Virus record (IMG/VR): IMGVR_UViG_3300023179_000011
Span: 96,001 to 160,000 of that record
Direction: 5' to 3' (one strand)
DNA from: a virus
DNA: 64,000 bases
Every line of letters starts with the position of its first letter. Positions within the stretch are counted from its first letter, which is position 1. Positions 37,121 through 46,913 of this stretch are shown piece by piece. The notes below the pieces were generated by a model. That model made no database searches. It saw only the letters and a program-made list of their open reading frames with translations, and was not told the origin of the DNA. The position numbers and the translations under genes are program-made.

Positions 37121-39001
37121 TCAAGGCTTCCACCCGCTTGTTGAGCCTGTTACGCCAAATTGCTCTCCCTGAGCTAAAGCAGGTACATAACTGCTACCCG
37201 CGGTATCGCTGCTTAAACCACGCTGTACGCTGTTCATAAGCCCTTTTTCCTGATACGAGCCCAACATGCGGGTCATCCAGTCAGGGTCGTTTGAGATGTT
37301 TGCCATGCCGCGCACCATTTCTGGCTGGAACGGCGGCGGTTCTTTATGCGCTTGAATTGTTTTAACGCCATATTTGTTTAAGTTTGTCAGCACGTTTTTA
37401 CCGATCTTTGTGCCGATTGAATAGTGCAACACGGGTTTTTCTAAATAGTGCCCGGTTAACGTGTTTGGCGCGGCCGATACGCTACCTTCTCGCGGCGTCC
37501 AATTACGCTCAATAGCGGAGTAAGGCACTACGTCGTCAGGCACGTAATCGCCGTATTCGTCGGTCAGGCGTACATGATTTACAAGTCCGCGCGCCAGTAG
37601 TTCGATGTTGCGGCGATGGGCTGTAATACCGCTGTTACCCATGACCTGCCGCATAGCTTGCACAAAATAACGACGTCCTTCGCCTACGCCTTTGTGCCGG
37701 ACAATTTCTGCTGGATTTGGCATACCCTCCGATATAACGTCACCAGCTTCAAGCTCATCGCCCTTTTTGACCGAAAGATTTCTCTCTGTCGGAACGTAGT
37801 GGTCCTGACCGTTAATCTGCACATAGTGGCCGCCCTGCGGAGCCGGACGAACTTCCTGCACACGGCCGTCTAGCTGCGCGTGCACGGCGCCGTCTGGGTA
37901 TTTCTTCGGGACCTGTACAAGCGCGTTGAGCGCTTTAAAACCCGAAATCGCTCCCGCGCCGCCGACACCGCCAGAGTGCTTCGAGCTGATCTGGCTTTGC
38001 GTGACTGGTTCCGACAGCGCCTGTGCTGCCGCGATACCCACATAATCTCCAACAGGCGGTAAACGCCCCTTTTCCCTGTAACCCACATCTTTCGCATAAA
38101 CACCGCCGTCCCCGGGGCCGCCAACAATCGGGCTGCGAACTAAGATATCTTTGGCGCCACTTTCCTTCAGATCCCGAAGTATCTTGGGCGTCAAAATTGT
38201 GTTGCGTTTATATGGCCCGACGGCGCGCGCTAATAACGCGCCCTCGTTATCCGGGTCGTCTACGTCGGTTGGGTACCCGCGCTCTTCTAGCGCGGCGCGG
38301 CGCTCTTCGTCGGTGTCGTCGTCATCATCCGCGGTAACCAACAGCCGATGCGTCATCTGCGCCAACTGTTTACCATAGAAACCAGCGTCAGCCGTTGCGG
38401 TTTTAAGATCAATTACGCCCTTACGTGTTCCGAATGCGCCGGCAAAATACTCTACCGGCCGCAAGCCTTGGCTGTATCCGCGCAATACCGGAATTGGAAT
38501 TGGATCGCCGCGATGGTCGAGATACTGCATGTCGGCGCCAAGAATTGAGTTCAGCTGAAATTTGTTGCCGACCCCAGAGCCGGCAATCTGGTGCGCCAGC
38601 GGATTGTCCTGCCCCTCGGCCTCCTTGTACACCTTGTCGAGCAGTTCTTGTTGCGCAGCCTGCGCCAGTTCAAGCAATTTAATATTGCGCTGTTTTTCAT
38701 CGAGCCGTTTGTCGGCAAAAATGTCGCGCATTTGATTCTGTACGCGCAACTGAACGTGCCGCGCCGCTAGCGTCGGACGAATATCTTTGAGTCCAAACGA
38801 TAAACCGTTCGTCGTGTAACCGGCATCACGACCAATGTCGTGAAGCCGCTTCATCACGTCACGATATTTTTCTGGGTGGTTTTTTGCCAAATCGGTGGCG
38901 ACGTTTGACATCGTTTTTTTAGTTAATACGCGATCATAGTCGCGCATTTCGGGCGGCAACGCTTCATTAATCAAAAGTTGTCCAAGCGTCGTCTTTAGCA
39001 T
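37121..39001 (-). CDS. rpoC: RNA polymerase beta' subunit, C-terminal half
   Basis: 'KTTLGQLLINE' (region E), bridge helix 'AFGTRKGVIDLKTATADAGFYGKQL', trigger loop 'GIAAAQALSEPVTQSQISSKHSGG', 'HRRNIELLARGL'. Confidence 0.92.
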   Translation of the reverse strand: MLKTTLGQLLINEALPPEMRDYDRVLTKKTMSNVATDLAKNHPEKYRDVMKRLHDIGRDAGYTTNGLSFGLKDIRPTLAARHVQLRVQNQMRDIFADKRLDEKQRNIKLLELAQAAQQELLDKVYKEAEGQDNPLAHQIAGSGVGNKFQLNSILGADMQYLDHRGDPIPIPVLRGYSQGLRPVEYFAGAFGTRKGVIDLKTATADAGFYGKQLAQMTHRLLVTADDDDDTDEERRAALEERGYPTDVDDPDNEGALLARAVGPYKRNTILTPKILRDLKESGAKDILVRSPIVGGPGDGGVYAKDVGYREKGRLPPVGDYVGIAAAQALSEPVTQSQISSKHSGGVGGAGAISGFKALNALVQVPKKYPDGAVHAQLDGRVQEVRPAPQGGHYVQINGQDHYVPTERNLSVKKGDELEAGDVISEGMPNPAEIVRHKGVGEGRRYFVQAMRQVMGNSGITAHRRNIELLARGLVNHVRLTDEYGDYVPDDVVPYSAIERNWTPREGSVSAAPNTLTGHYLEKPVLHYSIGTKIGKNVLTNLNKYGVKTIQAHKEPPPFQPEMVRGMANISNDPDWMTRMLGSYQEKGLMNSVQRGLSSDTAGSSYVPALAQGEQFGVTGSTSGWKP

Positions 39002-39002
39002 G

Positions 39003-39242
39003 TCACGGCGTCCACATTATTTTCTGCATCGACTTCGGCTGAAACTCTGACACAACAACCGTTTTGTCGACACCCAGCGCGCGTAAAAGCGAATGAAACT
39101 CCTTTTCGCCGACTGTCGCATAAACAACAGCTTCGTCAACCTGAATAGCAACAAATAGCGGATTGCCGAGATCGTCTTCGACAATCACGCTATGTGCTTT
39201 TTTTTCGGTCGGCTGCAGGCTGTGTTGCGTTTTAACCAGCAT
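39003..39242 (-). CDS. Small hypothetical protein between the RNAP genes
   Basis: 79-aa ORF coupled to the beta' C-half start. Confidence 0.6.
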   Translation of the reverse strand: MLVKTQHSLQPTEKKAHSVIVEDDLGNPLFVAIQVDEAVVYATVGEKEFHSLLRALGVDKTVVVSEFQPKSMQKIMWTP

Positions 39243-39960
39243 TGTCCGCTATGCTCCGAATCATCGCGGCGATAGCGTTTGCTTTAATCTGCATTTGTGT
39301 CGGCGCGTTCGGATTAGAGACGCTGGGACCAAACGGCCGGCCGATTGAAGAAGCCGATTTTTCAGCGCGATCCCACCACGCGGCCTTCGACGGATCAGCC
39401 TCGGGTGGCGGAGCGTTCGGCGGCATTGGTCCGCCCGGAGGCATTGGTCCGCCCGGCGGTTGCATTCCACCCTGCGCGTTCGGGTCTTGCGGCGGCGGCG
39501 CCATCGGGCCGCCGGGAAGCGCTGTTTCAGCCGGCGGCGCGCCAGTCGTACCGGGGGGTAACACCAGAGACTCCGGCGGCACCTGAACACCCATCGCGTT
39601 CATGATGGCGGTAAGTTGCTGCTGCATGTTGTACAAACGATAGTCGAGCATTTGCATCATTTGCTCGGGTTTAAGTTTTTGCTGCGCGCCAGCAGGGGCT
39701 GCGCCCGGAGCGGCGGGTGCGGCGGGCGCTGCGGGAGGTGCAGCGGGAGGCGCCATTCCCATAGCCGCAGGATCCACTGGCGGTGCAGCTGCTGCAGCAA
39801 CAGCAGACGGATCGGCCGGCGGAACAGCCCCCATGGCGGCTGGATCAACCGGCGGAGCACCACCAGCAGCAGCGGGATCCACCGCCGCTCCGGGCACTAA
39901 TGCGGATTTTTCAAAGCGCGCCTTCGCCAGCGCAATGAGTTCGGGGTTTACCGTGAACAT
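39232..39960 (-). CDS. Pro/Ala/Gly-rich hypothetical protein
   Basis: GGAGG ribosome-binding site; FEKSAL and AEKSAS flank low-complexity arms and a central helix. Confidence 0.65.
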   Translation of the reverse strand: MFTVNPELIALAKARFEKSALVPGAAVDPAAAGGAPPVDPAAMGAVPPADPSAVAAAAAPPVDPAAMGMAPPAAPPAAPAAPAAPGAAPAGAQQKLKPEQMMQMLDYRLYNMQQQLTAIMNAMGVQVPPESLVLPPGTTGAPPAETALPGGPMAPPPQDPNAQGGMQPPGGPMPPGGPMPPNAPPPEADPSKAAWWDRAEKSASSIGRPFGPSVSNPNAPTQMQIKANAIAAMIRSIADNAG

Positions 39961-39980
39961 ACAACCTCCATGTTTAACGC

Positions 39981-42900
39981 TTACGTATTATCTTCCACAA
40001 TATGAACCGGGGTGTCCACCTCTATTTCGCCGCGGCGGTATGCCTGTACAGCGTCCTGCTTGCTACGAAACACACGTGGTTTGGCTTTTTTACTAATCCG
40101 GCTAGACGCTAAGTATAACCCGGTTTGGTAGTCTTTGTTAGGAACGTAGTGCGCGCGAAACGTCGATGTCGCGAACAAATTCTTGCTCGGCAGCATTTTT
40201 TCAACGGCTTCTTTCGCGGCGTCTTCTGTGCTTGGAACGTGATACTGCATCGCATCACCGTCAAAGTCGGCGCCAAACCCTTTGGTGATTACAGGGTTCA
40301 CTTCCATGACTTTGTTTTTAGTTAACTTGGGATAGAAAGCCATCATACCGTAGCGATGAAGTACCGGGGCGCGGTTGATAACAATCGGCCGCGACGACAT
40401 CTGCTGATTTAACTCAGCAAACGCTTCTTTGTTTTTATCTTCAACGGCCTGCATAGCTTGCATGCGCGGAAGGCCGCGGCGAACAAGCCCCCGAACAACG
40501 AACGGCTTGTAAATATCCCACGCTTTCTCTTCTGGCAGCGCAACTTCATCCATATCAAGGTCGGGATTTGGTGTAATGACGGCGCGACCGACAAGGTCTA
40601 CCGTCGAACTGAGCAGCTTGCGCTGAACAGTGCCGTATTTTGGCGAGTTACCAAACACGTGGCGTAGAAAACCTTTGACGTTGCGCTCGACGTTTTTAGG
40701 CTGCTGCGGCTCACCCAATCCGGTAACAGCCTTCATCGAGTCATACATGCTCAGCCGTTCGTCGCCGTAGTCGGCTAGCGCGCCAGAAGCTTCTTTCAGC
40801 GTATCGTTAGCGTCGAGCAATTCTTTGTACAGATAATTTGCGTCGGCCACGAGCGGTAACTTTTTGCTGCCCATCGTGCTCACGGGGCGGAAGAGCGGCG
40901 GCAGAACAGGGACTTTACTAATCATCCAGTCCTGCGGATGCACACCAGTTGTTTCGGCGCTCTTTAAAAAGCCGAGCCTGCGCACGGCGGCGTCGCGAAG
41001 CGTCTTGCGGCCGGATTTGATATCTAACCGCGCCTGCTCGATAGCTTTCGGTAGATTAATGCGCTCTAGGGCCGCCTTAATCGCGCCCGGACCTGTCTTG
41101 TCGCCCAGCTGCTCGCGGCCGGCCAGCACGCCGCGAAACTGTTTTTCTGTCATGCCGAGCACGCGGCGAATAGGATCTTCCATCACCGGGTTCGGCATCG
41201 GTTCATGCAGCGTGATCTTGCTCCACCGATTACCGCCGTGGCCGCCAGTTAGCATCTCGTCAAACAAGCCGCCGGCGATAGGTTTGAGCCGCCCCTTCCA
41301 GTCGACGGTCTCGGAGCTTTTGAGTTCCCGCGGGCCGGCGAGTTCGTCCACGTCTTTGTCGGTCATAGCCATCAGGTTCGAGCGCGTCCCCTTGCGAACA
41401 ACGTTGATACCAGACGCTTTGAGTTGATTAACAAACTTTTCGTAAACGTGCGGGACTTTGGGCAGCGGCGGCGTATACCCGGCCATGAACTGCGACCAGT
41501 ACTCGGGGTTCGCTTGCCCGCGCACCATTTTGGCGTCTCGAATAACTTTGCCGGCGCCGTGAGAAAGTAACGCACCCAGATCAAGCATGCCGACGCGCTT
41601 GGCGCCTTCGCTACCGCCCTTGGCCGGCGTTCCTTCGGCCGTGTAAGCGCCCATCGCGCGCCCCTGCGCTTTGGATTCGCTTGTATGGTGCAGCTTCATA
41701 AAAAAACGTGTGCCCGTCAGTACGCCGCCAATCTTTCGACCGGTTTCAGGGTCGATTACGTCCTCGGTGTCTGACAGCCCGTGTTTAGCGAGTTCTTTCT
41801 GCGCAAACTCGATCAGGTCGTTTTTGTTATCAAAGTCCTTGAGTTTGTACGGCGAGCCAGTCTGCGCGGCTACTTTGCCCAGTGCGGCCTCAATGACCTG
41901 TGCGGGATTAATGCGGCTGATAAGGCCAAGCGGCGACACGAGTACTTCAAACGCGTTACCGTCGCGATCCTTGGGCATCTGATCGTCGGGCACTATTTCG
42001 GCCACGACGCCCTTGTCACCAAAACGCCCGGTGAGTTTATCGCCGACGTCCATGGGCGCTTGATTTTTTACAACAACGCTTACGCCTTTTTTTGTGTGCA
42101 TGACGTCGGTCACAACACCCGGCGCGTGGTGTTCCCACGTAATCGTCTCGTTGGTGAAGTTGCCGGCACGCCCCCGGTGCACTTTACCGTACACCGTGTC
42201 CTTTTTCTTGGCGACAAGCACAAGCGGATCGCCAAATTTAACTTCAGTGCCTTTTTTAATCGCGCCGTTGTCGTCGAAGTTATCAAGAAACTTTTTATCG
42301 TATTCAGTTGGAAACAAACTCACGAACGCCTTCTTGCCAACGTGAGTATTGTCGTCCCACTCGGCTTCGTGCTGATACATGTGCTCAGACGTCAGCCGCT
42401 TGGAGGCAGATTCAGAGATAACAACAGCGTCTTCGTAGTTCTTGCCGCGAAACGGCAAATACGCCGTCCGCAAGTTCAGGCCAAGAGCCGCGCTACCGTT
42501 CTGATCAGTAAAGTTGGAGCGCGCCAGCAGTTGGCCGGGCTCAACAACATCACCCGGCTTCACGAGCGGCGTCTGATGTAAAAAAGTCTTTCGGTTGTAC
42601 GGCATCTCGTTATACAAATCGATTGTCTTTTTGTTGCCGTCTTTGTCGCGCAGCACAATACCGTCTGGCGTCACATCGACGACTTGCGCGCGTTCGGTCG
42701 CGCGAGTCGCGCCCAACTTCTCGCCCATCTCGTCTTCGTGCGAAACTTTGTCGTCATCGGCTTTCGCAGACTGCAGCAGCGGCGCCTCGGCGTTTACGAG
42801 TGGCAACGCCTGCGTAAACATTCGGCTACCCATGATCACGCGATGACCTTTGATCATCGATTTGATGGGCACCATGTTGGTCAGCGCAGAGAACGTGCTA

Positions 42901-44384
42901 TCCATGTTCGGCAAACCAAATTGCGCTTCTTTTCGCGGCACATACTTCAACTTGCCGTTTACGAGCGCCGCAACGACAGGCAAACCATTGTCTTCTTCGC
43001 CGGGGAACACGAGCGGCGTGTCGGCCAGTTCCTGCGGCGTCTTGTAGATCTTGTCGCCGGTTTTCATATCAATAACCGGCGTATAAATTTTGCCGTCGGA
43101 GCCCTTCATGGCGCCGCGGGCAAAACGCATATCAACGCCCACCTTGCCAGACTCAGGTGTGCGCAGGTAGTCAATAAACCCAAGATGACTTGGTTGCACG
43201 GAACGTGATTCAGCCGGTACAGCATCAAGCGACCCGATGCCGCCTTCGCCCATACGAGTGACACGAGTCTGGTGATCAAAAATTTCGGCTGGGTTGATCT
43301 CTTCAAGACTCGATCCAAGGCCGCTGCCAATAAGCGCAGCCGAAATTGCTTTATCAAACACACCCGACGGAATGTGATCAATTGATTTCTTGGCGGTGGC
43401 TTTCCAAAGCAATTTGTTAAGCGATTGCCGATCTTTCGTGAACCGCTCGGCAATCAAATCTTCTGGCCCGACGACCGACTGATAAACCATGTTGTCTCGG
43501 TCGTCGCTTTCTGTTTCGCGCCGATTGACGGCAATGAGTTTCTTTGTGATCGCCAAAATTGTTTCGGGCGTCATGTTTTTGTATTCAGCGCCCAGTGTTC
43601 GACGCGTAACTTCTGGATCTAATTCCGTCTTGGCAAATTCAGCTGCAATAGCTTGCGCTTTCGCAATAGCGTCTGCGCCGGCAACCGGTTTGTTCACAAG
43701 TCGGGCGTAGATCTTGTCCATCGTGCCGGCGTCGCCCTTCTCCATGTTGACGGCGGTAATCTCGTTGCCCCACGCTTTGCGAATGTCTTGATCAGACACG
43801 CCCATGGATTTGAGCAGCGGCATAAGCGGTATTTGTGCCTGCCCGATGCTAATCTTGAACACGCCGGTTTTGGGGTCGAGGAAGTAACGATGTGATCGGC
43901 CTTTACCGGGTAATGTGTTTACGTGCGCTTCAATTTCGCCGTTGTCTTTTTCGCGCGTAAACACGCCGGGACGCAAACGCATCTGATGGGCAAGTGTGTA
44001 CTCGACGCCGCCGTTGACGAATGTGCCCGAGTCAGTGAGATACGGCACGTGAGCAATCGTGGCACGGCGCTGACCAACCGGCTGCCCGGTTTTGTTATCA
44101 GTAAGCGTCCACGTACCCTGCAACCGGCGGGCAAGCGTCCCTCTAGAAAGGACAGCTTTCTTCTGATCTGACCGTGTAAAACGTTCAGGCCCTGAGTACC
44201 CAACGTCTTGAAGCTGCAACGTATACAGATCGTTTTGCAGCGGCTTGAGATTTTGCGCGCTATTCAGCGCCTGATTGAAAATGTTTTCTCGCATTAAACC
44301 AACGTCGCCAAACGTGCGCATTGTCGGCGCAACTGGCGCTGGCATGGGCGTCGGCTTTAATTCGGGCAGTTCGGGGGCTGGCAT
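39981..44384 (-). CDS. rpoBC: RNA polymerase beta / beta' N-half fusion protein
   Basis: Beta motifs 'GTFVNGGVEY', 'TPESGKVG', 'NYEDAVVIS', 'GDKLTGRFGDKGVV', 'KLHH', followed in frame by beta' motifs 'VPVLPPLFRP', 'VDLVGRAVI', 'NRAPVLHR' and the catalytic 'GADFDGDAM'. Confidence 0.95.
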   Translation of the reverse strand: MPAPELPELKPTPMPAPVAPTMRTFGDVGLMRENIFNQALNSAQNLKPLQNDLYTLQLQDVGYSGPERFTRSDQKKAVLSRGTLARRLQGTWTLTDNKTGQPVGQRRATIAHVPYLTDSGTFVNGGVEYTLAHQMRLRPGVFTREKDNGEIEAHVNTLPGKGRSHRYFLDPKTGVFKISIGQAQIPLMPLLKSMGVSDQDIRKAWGNEITAVNMEKGDAGTMDKIYARLVNKPVAGADAIAKAQAIAAEFAKTELDPEVTRRTLGAEYKNMTPETILAITKKLIAVNRRETESDDRDNMVYQSVVGPEDLIAERFTKDRQSLNKLLWKATAKKSIDHIPSGVFDKAISAALIGSGLGSSLEEINPAEIFDHQTRVTRMGEGGIGSLDAVPAESRSVQPSHLGFIDYLRTPESGKVGVDMRFARGAMKGSDGKIYTPVIDMKTGDKIYKTPQELADTPLVFPGEEDNGLPVVAALVNGKLKYVPRKEAQFGLPNMDSTFSALTNMVPIKSMIKGHRVIMGSRMFTQALPLVNAEAPLLQSAKADDDKVSHEDEMGEKLGATRATERAQVVDVTPDGIVLRDKDGNKKTIDLYNEMPYNRKTFLHQTPLVKPGDVVEPGQLLARSNFTDQNGSAALGLNLRTAYLPFRGKNYEDAVVISESASKRLTSEHMYQHEAEWDDNTHVGKKAFVSLFPTEYDKKFLDNFDDNGAIKKGTEVKFGDPLVLVAKKKDTVYGKVHRGRAGNFTNETITWEHHAPGVVTDVMHTKKGVSVVVKNQAPMDVGDKLTGRFGDKGVVAEIVPDDQMPKDRDGNAFEVLVSPLGLISRINPAQVIEAALGKVAAQTGSPYKLKDFDNKNDLIEFAQKELAKHGLSDTEDVIDPETGRKIGGVLTGTRFFMKLHHTSESKAQGRAMGAYTAEGTPAKGGSEGAKRVGMLDLGALLSHGAGKVIRDAKMVRGQANPEYWSQFMAGYTPPLPKVPHVYEKFVNQLKASGINVVRKGTRSNLMAMTDKDVDELAGPRELKSSETVDWKGRLKPIAGGLFDEMLTGGHGGNRWSKITLHEPMPNPVMEDPIRRVLGMTEKQFRGVLAGREQLGDKTGPGAIKAALERINLPKAIEQARLDIKSGRKTLRDAAVRRLGFLKSAETTGVHPQDWMISKVPVLPPLFRPVSTMGSKKLPLVADANYLYKELLDANDTLKEASGALADYGDERLSMYDSMKAVTGLGEPQQPKNVERNVKGFLRHVFGNSPKYGTVQRKLLSSTVDLVGRAVITPNPDLDMDEVALPEEKAWDIYKPFVVRGLVRRGLPRMQAMQAVEDKNKEAFAELNQQMSSRPIVINRAPVLHRYGMMAFYPKLTKNKVMEVNPVITKGFGADFDGDAMQYHVPSTEDAAKEAVEKMLPSKNLFATSTFRAHYVPNKDYQTGLYLASSRISKKAKPRVFRSKQDAVQAYRRGEIEVDTPVHIVEDNT

Positions 44385-44387
44385 CGA

Positions 44388-45245
44388 TCACCCCGCCTGC
44401 GATTGCTCAACTTGTTTCTTCAGCGCGATAATCTCGTCGGGATCAACGTACGTCGGTAGAATGCCGGCGATACGGGCCTTCGACTTTGCGGCTTCTTCAA
44501 CTGCTTTTGCGCGAGAGCGGTCGCGCGCCCGATCGTACATCAGTTTGGCTGCTAAACCACCAAGGCCCAGTCCCGCAGCGACATATGTGCCGCCGAGCGC
44601 CGCGGGTACGCGCTTGGCTGTGTCGTATGCGCTCGTTAACCAGTCCAGCAACGCCTGCTTCTCGGCCGCCGCTTTTTCGCTCGCCACGTCATAAGCGTTG
44701 TCGAGCGGTTTCGCCGCGCCGCCTGTAAGCGCGTCGTAATACTCTTTTTCTGCGGCGGCAATTTGCTCTTGCTGGTCGCGTTTCTTTTTACGTTTGTGCA
44801 GCGCTTCAATCAGTTTATATCCGCCAAGTCCGCCAAGCGTCGCCGCGCCAAATGTAGCGCCAGTGCCGAACGACGAACGGATGACGTTTGGGTCATATGA
44901 GTTTTGGCTTTTATTTGTCGCGGGCGTAAAGGGGCGTAAAAAGCTGAGCACCGAATCGGGCAGCATTTTGCCGACACCCTCGGTGATGTTGTCGTACACC
45001 CCGGCTACTTTTGTCTCAGTAATCTTGGGTGTATCTTCTTCGTCTTCTTTTTCTTCTCGCGGTTTGTTTAACGCCTGAGATAGTCCGCGGGCCAGATAAT
45101 AAAGACTAGCGGCACCAGCGCCAGCGCCAAGGCTGCCAAGACCAGTGCGGATAATACGATTGCCCCAGAAACGCTGGTAATCTTGGGCTGTAGGTTGGCC
45201 AACAGCGGGCGCGGGTGGTGCAGCATTGTTTGCGAGTTTTTCCAT
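44388..45245 (-). CDS. Glycine-zipper putative internal head or ejection protein
   Basis: MEKLA, TKVAG and EKAAAEKQAL motifs each precede a hydrophobic G-x-x-x-G segment. Confidence 0.55.
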   Translation of the reverse strand: MEKLANNAAPPAPAVGQPTAQDYQRFWGNRIIRTGLGSLGAGAGAASLYYLARGLSQALNKPREEKEDEEDTPKITETKVAGVYDNITEGVGKMLPDSVLSFLRPFTPATNKSQNSYDPNVIRSSFGTGATFGAATLGGLGGYKLIEALHKRKKKRDQQEQIAAAEKEYYDALTGGAAKPLDNAYDVASEKAAAEKQALLDWLTSAYDTAKRVPAALGGTYVAAGLGLGGLAAKLMYDRARDRSRAKAVEEAAKSKARIAGILPTYVDPDEIIALKKQVEQSQAG

Positions 45246-45257
45246 TGATCGTGCTCA

Positions 45258-45605
45258 CTAGTGTTTGGGCGGAATCATGCCATAAACCTGCGCCCACTCC
45301 AACCACACGCGAAAATGCTTATTCTCGTCGTCCCAGTTGTCGCTACGCTTTAACAGCCGATACCATCCGTTCACTATCTTATCATTTATGTTGTCAAATT
45401 CTGCTTTTTGAGCGGTATCCCACAGTTCAAACATCCTAGATTTAAAGTCGTACTGGATGTCGATATTTTCCAGTTCTTCTTGCTTTAAATCGGGCCGGTT
45501 ACCATTACCGATGACTGGAAATCCGTCGAGGGTTCCGGGCCAGTTTAACTGCGCGTTGTTATGCTGGGGGCCGCCGATTTCGCCGTGATATTTGCGCAGG
45601 CTCAC
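45258..45605 (-). CDS. Hypothetical protein
   Basis: 115-aa ORF tightly packed in the operon. Confidence 0.65.
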   Translation of the reverse strand: MSLRKYHGEIGGPQHNNAQLNWPGTLDGFPVIGNGNRPDLKQEELENIDIQYDFKSRMFELWDTAQKAEFDNINDKIVNGWYRLLKRSDNWDDENKHFRVWLEWAQVYGMIPPKH

Positions 45606-45608
45606 AAA

Positions 45609-45977
45609 TCACCTTTCTGGTCGGTAGAGACGTAACTTCCTGTTTGTCTTAGCGCGGGCGGCGTACGCCTTGTAGGCGGCGGCGAGTTCGCGAGCTTTCA
45701 AATCTTCCTCGTCGATTTCGGGCTCTGTTATCTTGCCGGCGACGTGCCCGGCGAGCCCGCCGCCGATCGTGGCGAGCATAAGCGGCGTATACGCGATATT
45801 TCCAAGCGCAGAGGCCGACGAAGAAATATCTGAAAAAGACGGTAGCTGAAACGCCGCGCTTTTTACAAATACTTCAGCTGCTTTGACACGCAGATCGAGC
45901 GCGGCACCTGTTAAATGCTCTTCGGCGCAGCGGCGAAGAAACCCGAGTTTAAAAGCTTCTTTTTCGTTGACATCCAT
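45609..45977 (-). CDS. Small putative internal head protein
   Basis: Likely start MDVNEKEAFKLGF at 45977; VKSAA followed by the glycine zipper 'LATIGGGLAGHVAG'. Confidence 0.6.
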   Translation of the reverse strand: MDVNEKEAFKLGFLRRCAEEHLTGAALDLRVKAAEVFVKSAAFQLPSFSDISSSASALGNIAYTPLMLATIGGGLAGHVAGKITEPEIDEEDLKARELAAAYKAYAARAKTNRKLRLYRPER

Positions 45978-45978
45978 G

Positions 45979-46473
45979 TCAAAACTCTCCGGGCAAAATA
46001 AGTTTTTTGGTTGGCGCGCCAACAGTAAAGTCGGGCGTGGCATGCCTTCCGGTGTCTTTTCCTACCGGTAAAGCACCCGGCAACGCAGATGTAAAATTTG
46101 CGCCGCTGGCCAAAGATATCTTACTCTTTCTGCCCGGACGGTGTCGCCTGAACCACGCGTCAACGGCGGGGTCGTCGCGGTCGCCCTGTTCTTTTGCTTC
46201 TTTTGCCGCGGCGACCATGTTTTCAATGGCCTGCTGTAGTTCTGCGCGGTCGGCAGATAACCACGCGGCTTTTCCGGGGTTTTCAGCGGCTATATGCCGC
46301 AAACGCTTGGCCTCGTCGCTTATAGCCTGCGCCCGCTGTAAAAACTCTTTGCGGGTGAGCACAAAAAACTCACCAGTTTGCTCGTCGTGCAGGCAGATGA
46401 AACCGTTTTGTGCGTAAAATTTAAGCCCGCGATACGAATAGCATTTGCCTGTTGAGCCGTGAACAGCGGTCAT
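45979..46473 (-). CDS. Hypothetical protein
   Basis: 164-aa ORF in a packed operon. Confidence 0.6.
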   Translation of the reverse strand: MTAVHGSTGKCYSYRGLKFYAQNGFICLHDEQTGEFFVLTRKEFLQRAQAISDEAKRLRHIAAENPGKAAWLSADRAELQQAIENMVAAAKEAKEQGDRDDPAVDAWFRRHRPGRKSKISLASGANFTSALPGALPVGKDTGRHATPDFTVGAPTKKLILPGEF

Positions 46474-46481
46474 TACACACC

Positions 46482-46892
46482 TTATTTACGTGACGTACCA
46501 GACCGCAGCGTACCGTTGGTGCCGGACGCTGTTGTAGGAACTGGGCAGCCGTCCTCGTCGCAGTCGGCTTTAACAGGCGGTAACGGATTTGCCCGCAGCC
46601 GCATTGAGGGTCGCGGGCCGGTGTTTTTCATTTCACCGGCAGTATCGCCCGTATTAGGCTCGCAGTCGGGGCAGTCGGTCCAAGGATGGTTGCTGTCACC
46701 GGTCGGAATCTTGCCGGTGCCGTTGCAGCGCTTGCAGTCTTTGGTGTCGACAATCGGTTTGGCTACCGGCGTATCAGGAAGCAGAGAAGCATAAGCAGCC
46801 TCTGTAGCGACCACCCCGACAAAGTCTTTTTTGGGCGGTTCTGCATGAGTCACCGGCAGTAGCGCTAAAAGCCATTCGATCATAGTGCGCAC
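46482..46892 (-). CDS. Signal-peptide-bearing protein with a DnaJ-type zinc motif
   Basis: Hydrophobic N-terminus ending THA; 'CKRCNGTG...CPDC'. Confidence 0.6.
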   Translation of the reverse strand: MRTMIEWLLALLPVTHAEPPKKDFVGVVATEAAYASLLPDTPVAKPIVDTKDCKRCNGTGKIPTGDSNHPWTDCPDCEPNTGDTAGEMKNTGPRPSMRLRANPLPPVKADCDEDGCPVPTTASGTNGTLRSGTSRK

Positions 46893-46913
46893 CTATTAAA
46901 GTTTACCAGTTCA

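Noticed and set aside
39340-39860. Short PPGGPM and PPxDP repeats
   Set aside because: Ordinary low-complexity linker repeats within a coding region.
37121-44384. Cellular rpoBC contamination or chimeric assembly
   Set aside because: The genes are highly divergent and reduced, have no ribosomal-protein neighbours, and are tightly packed with phage genes on the same strand.
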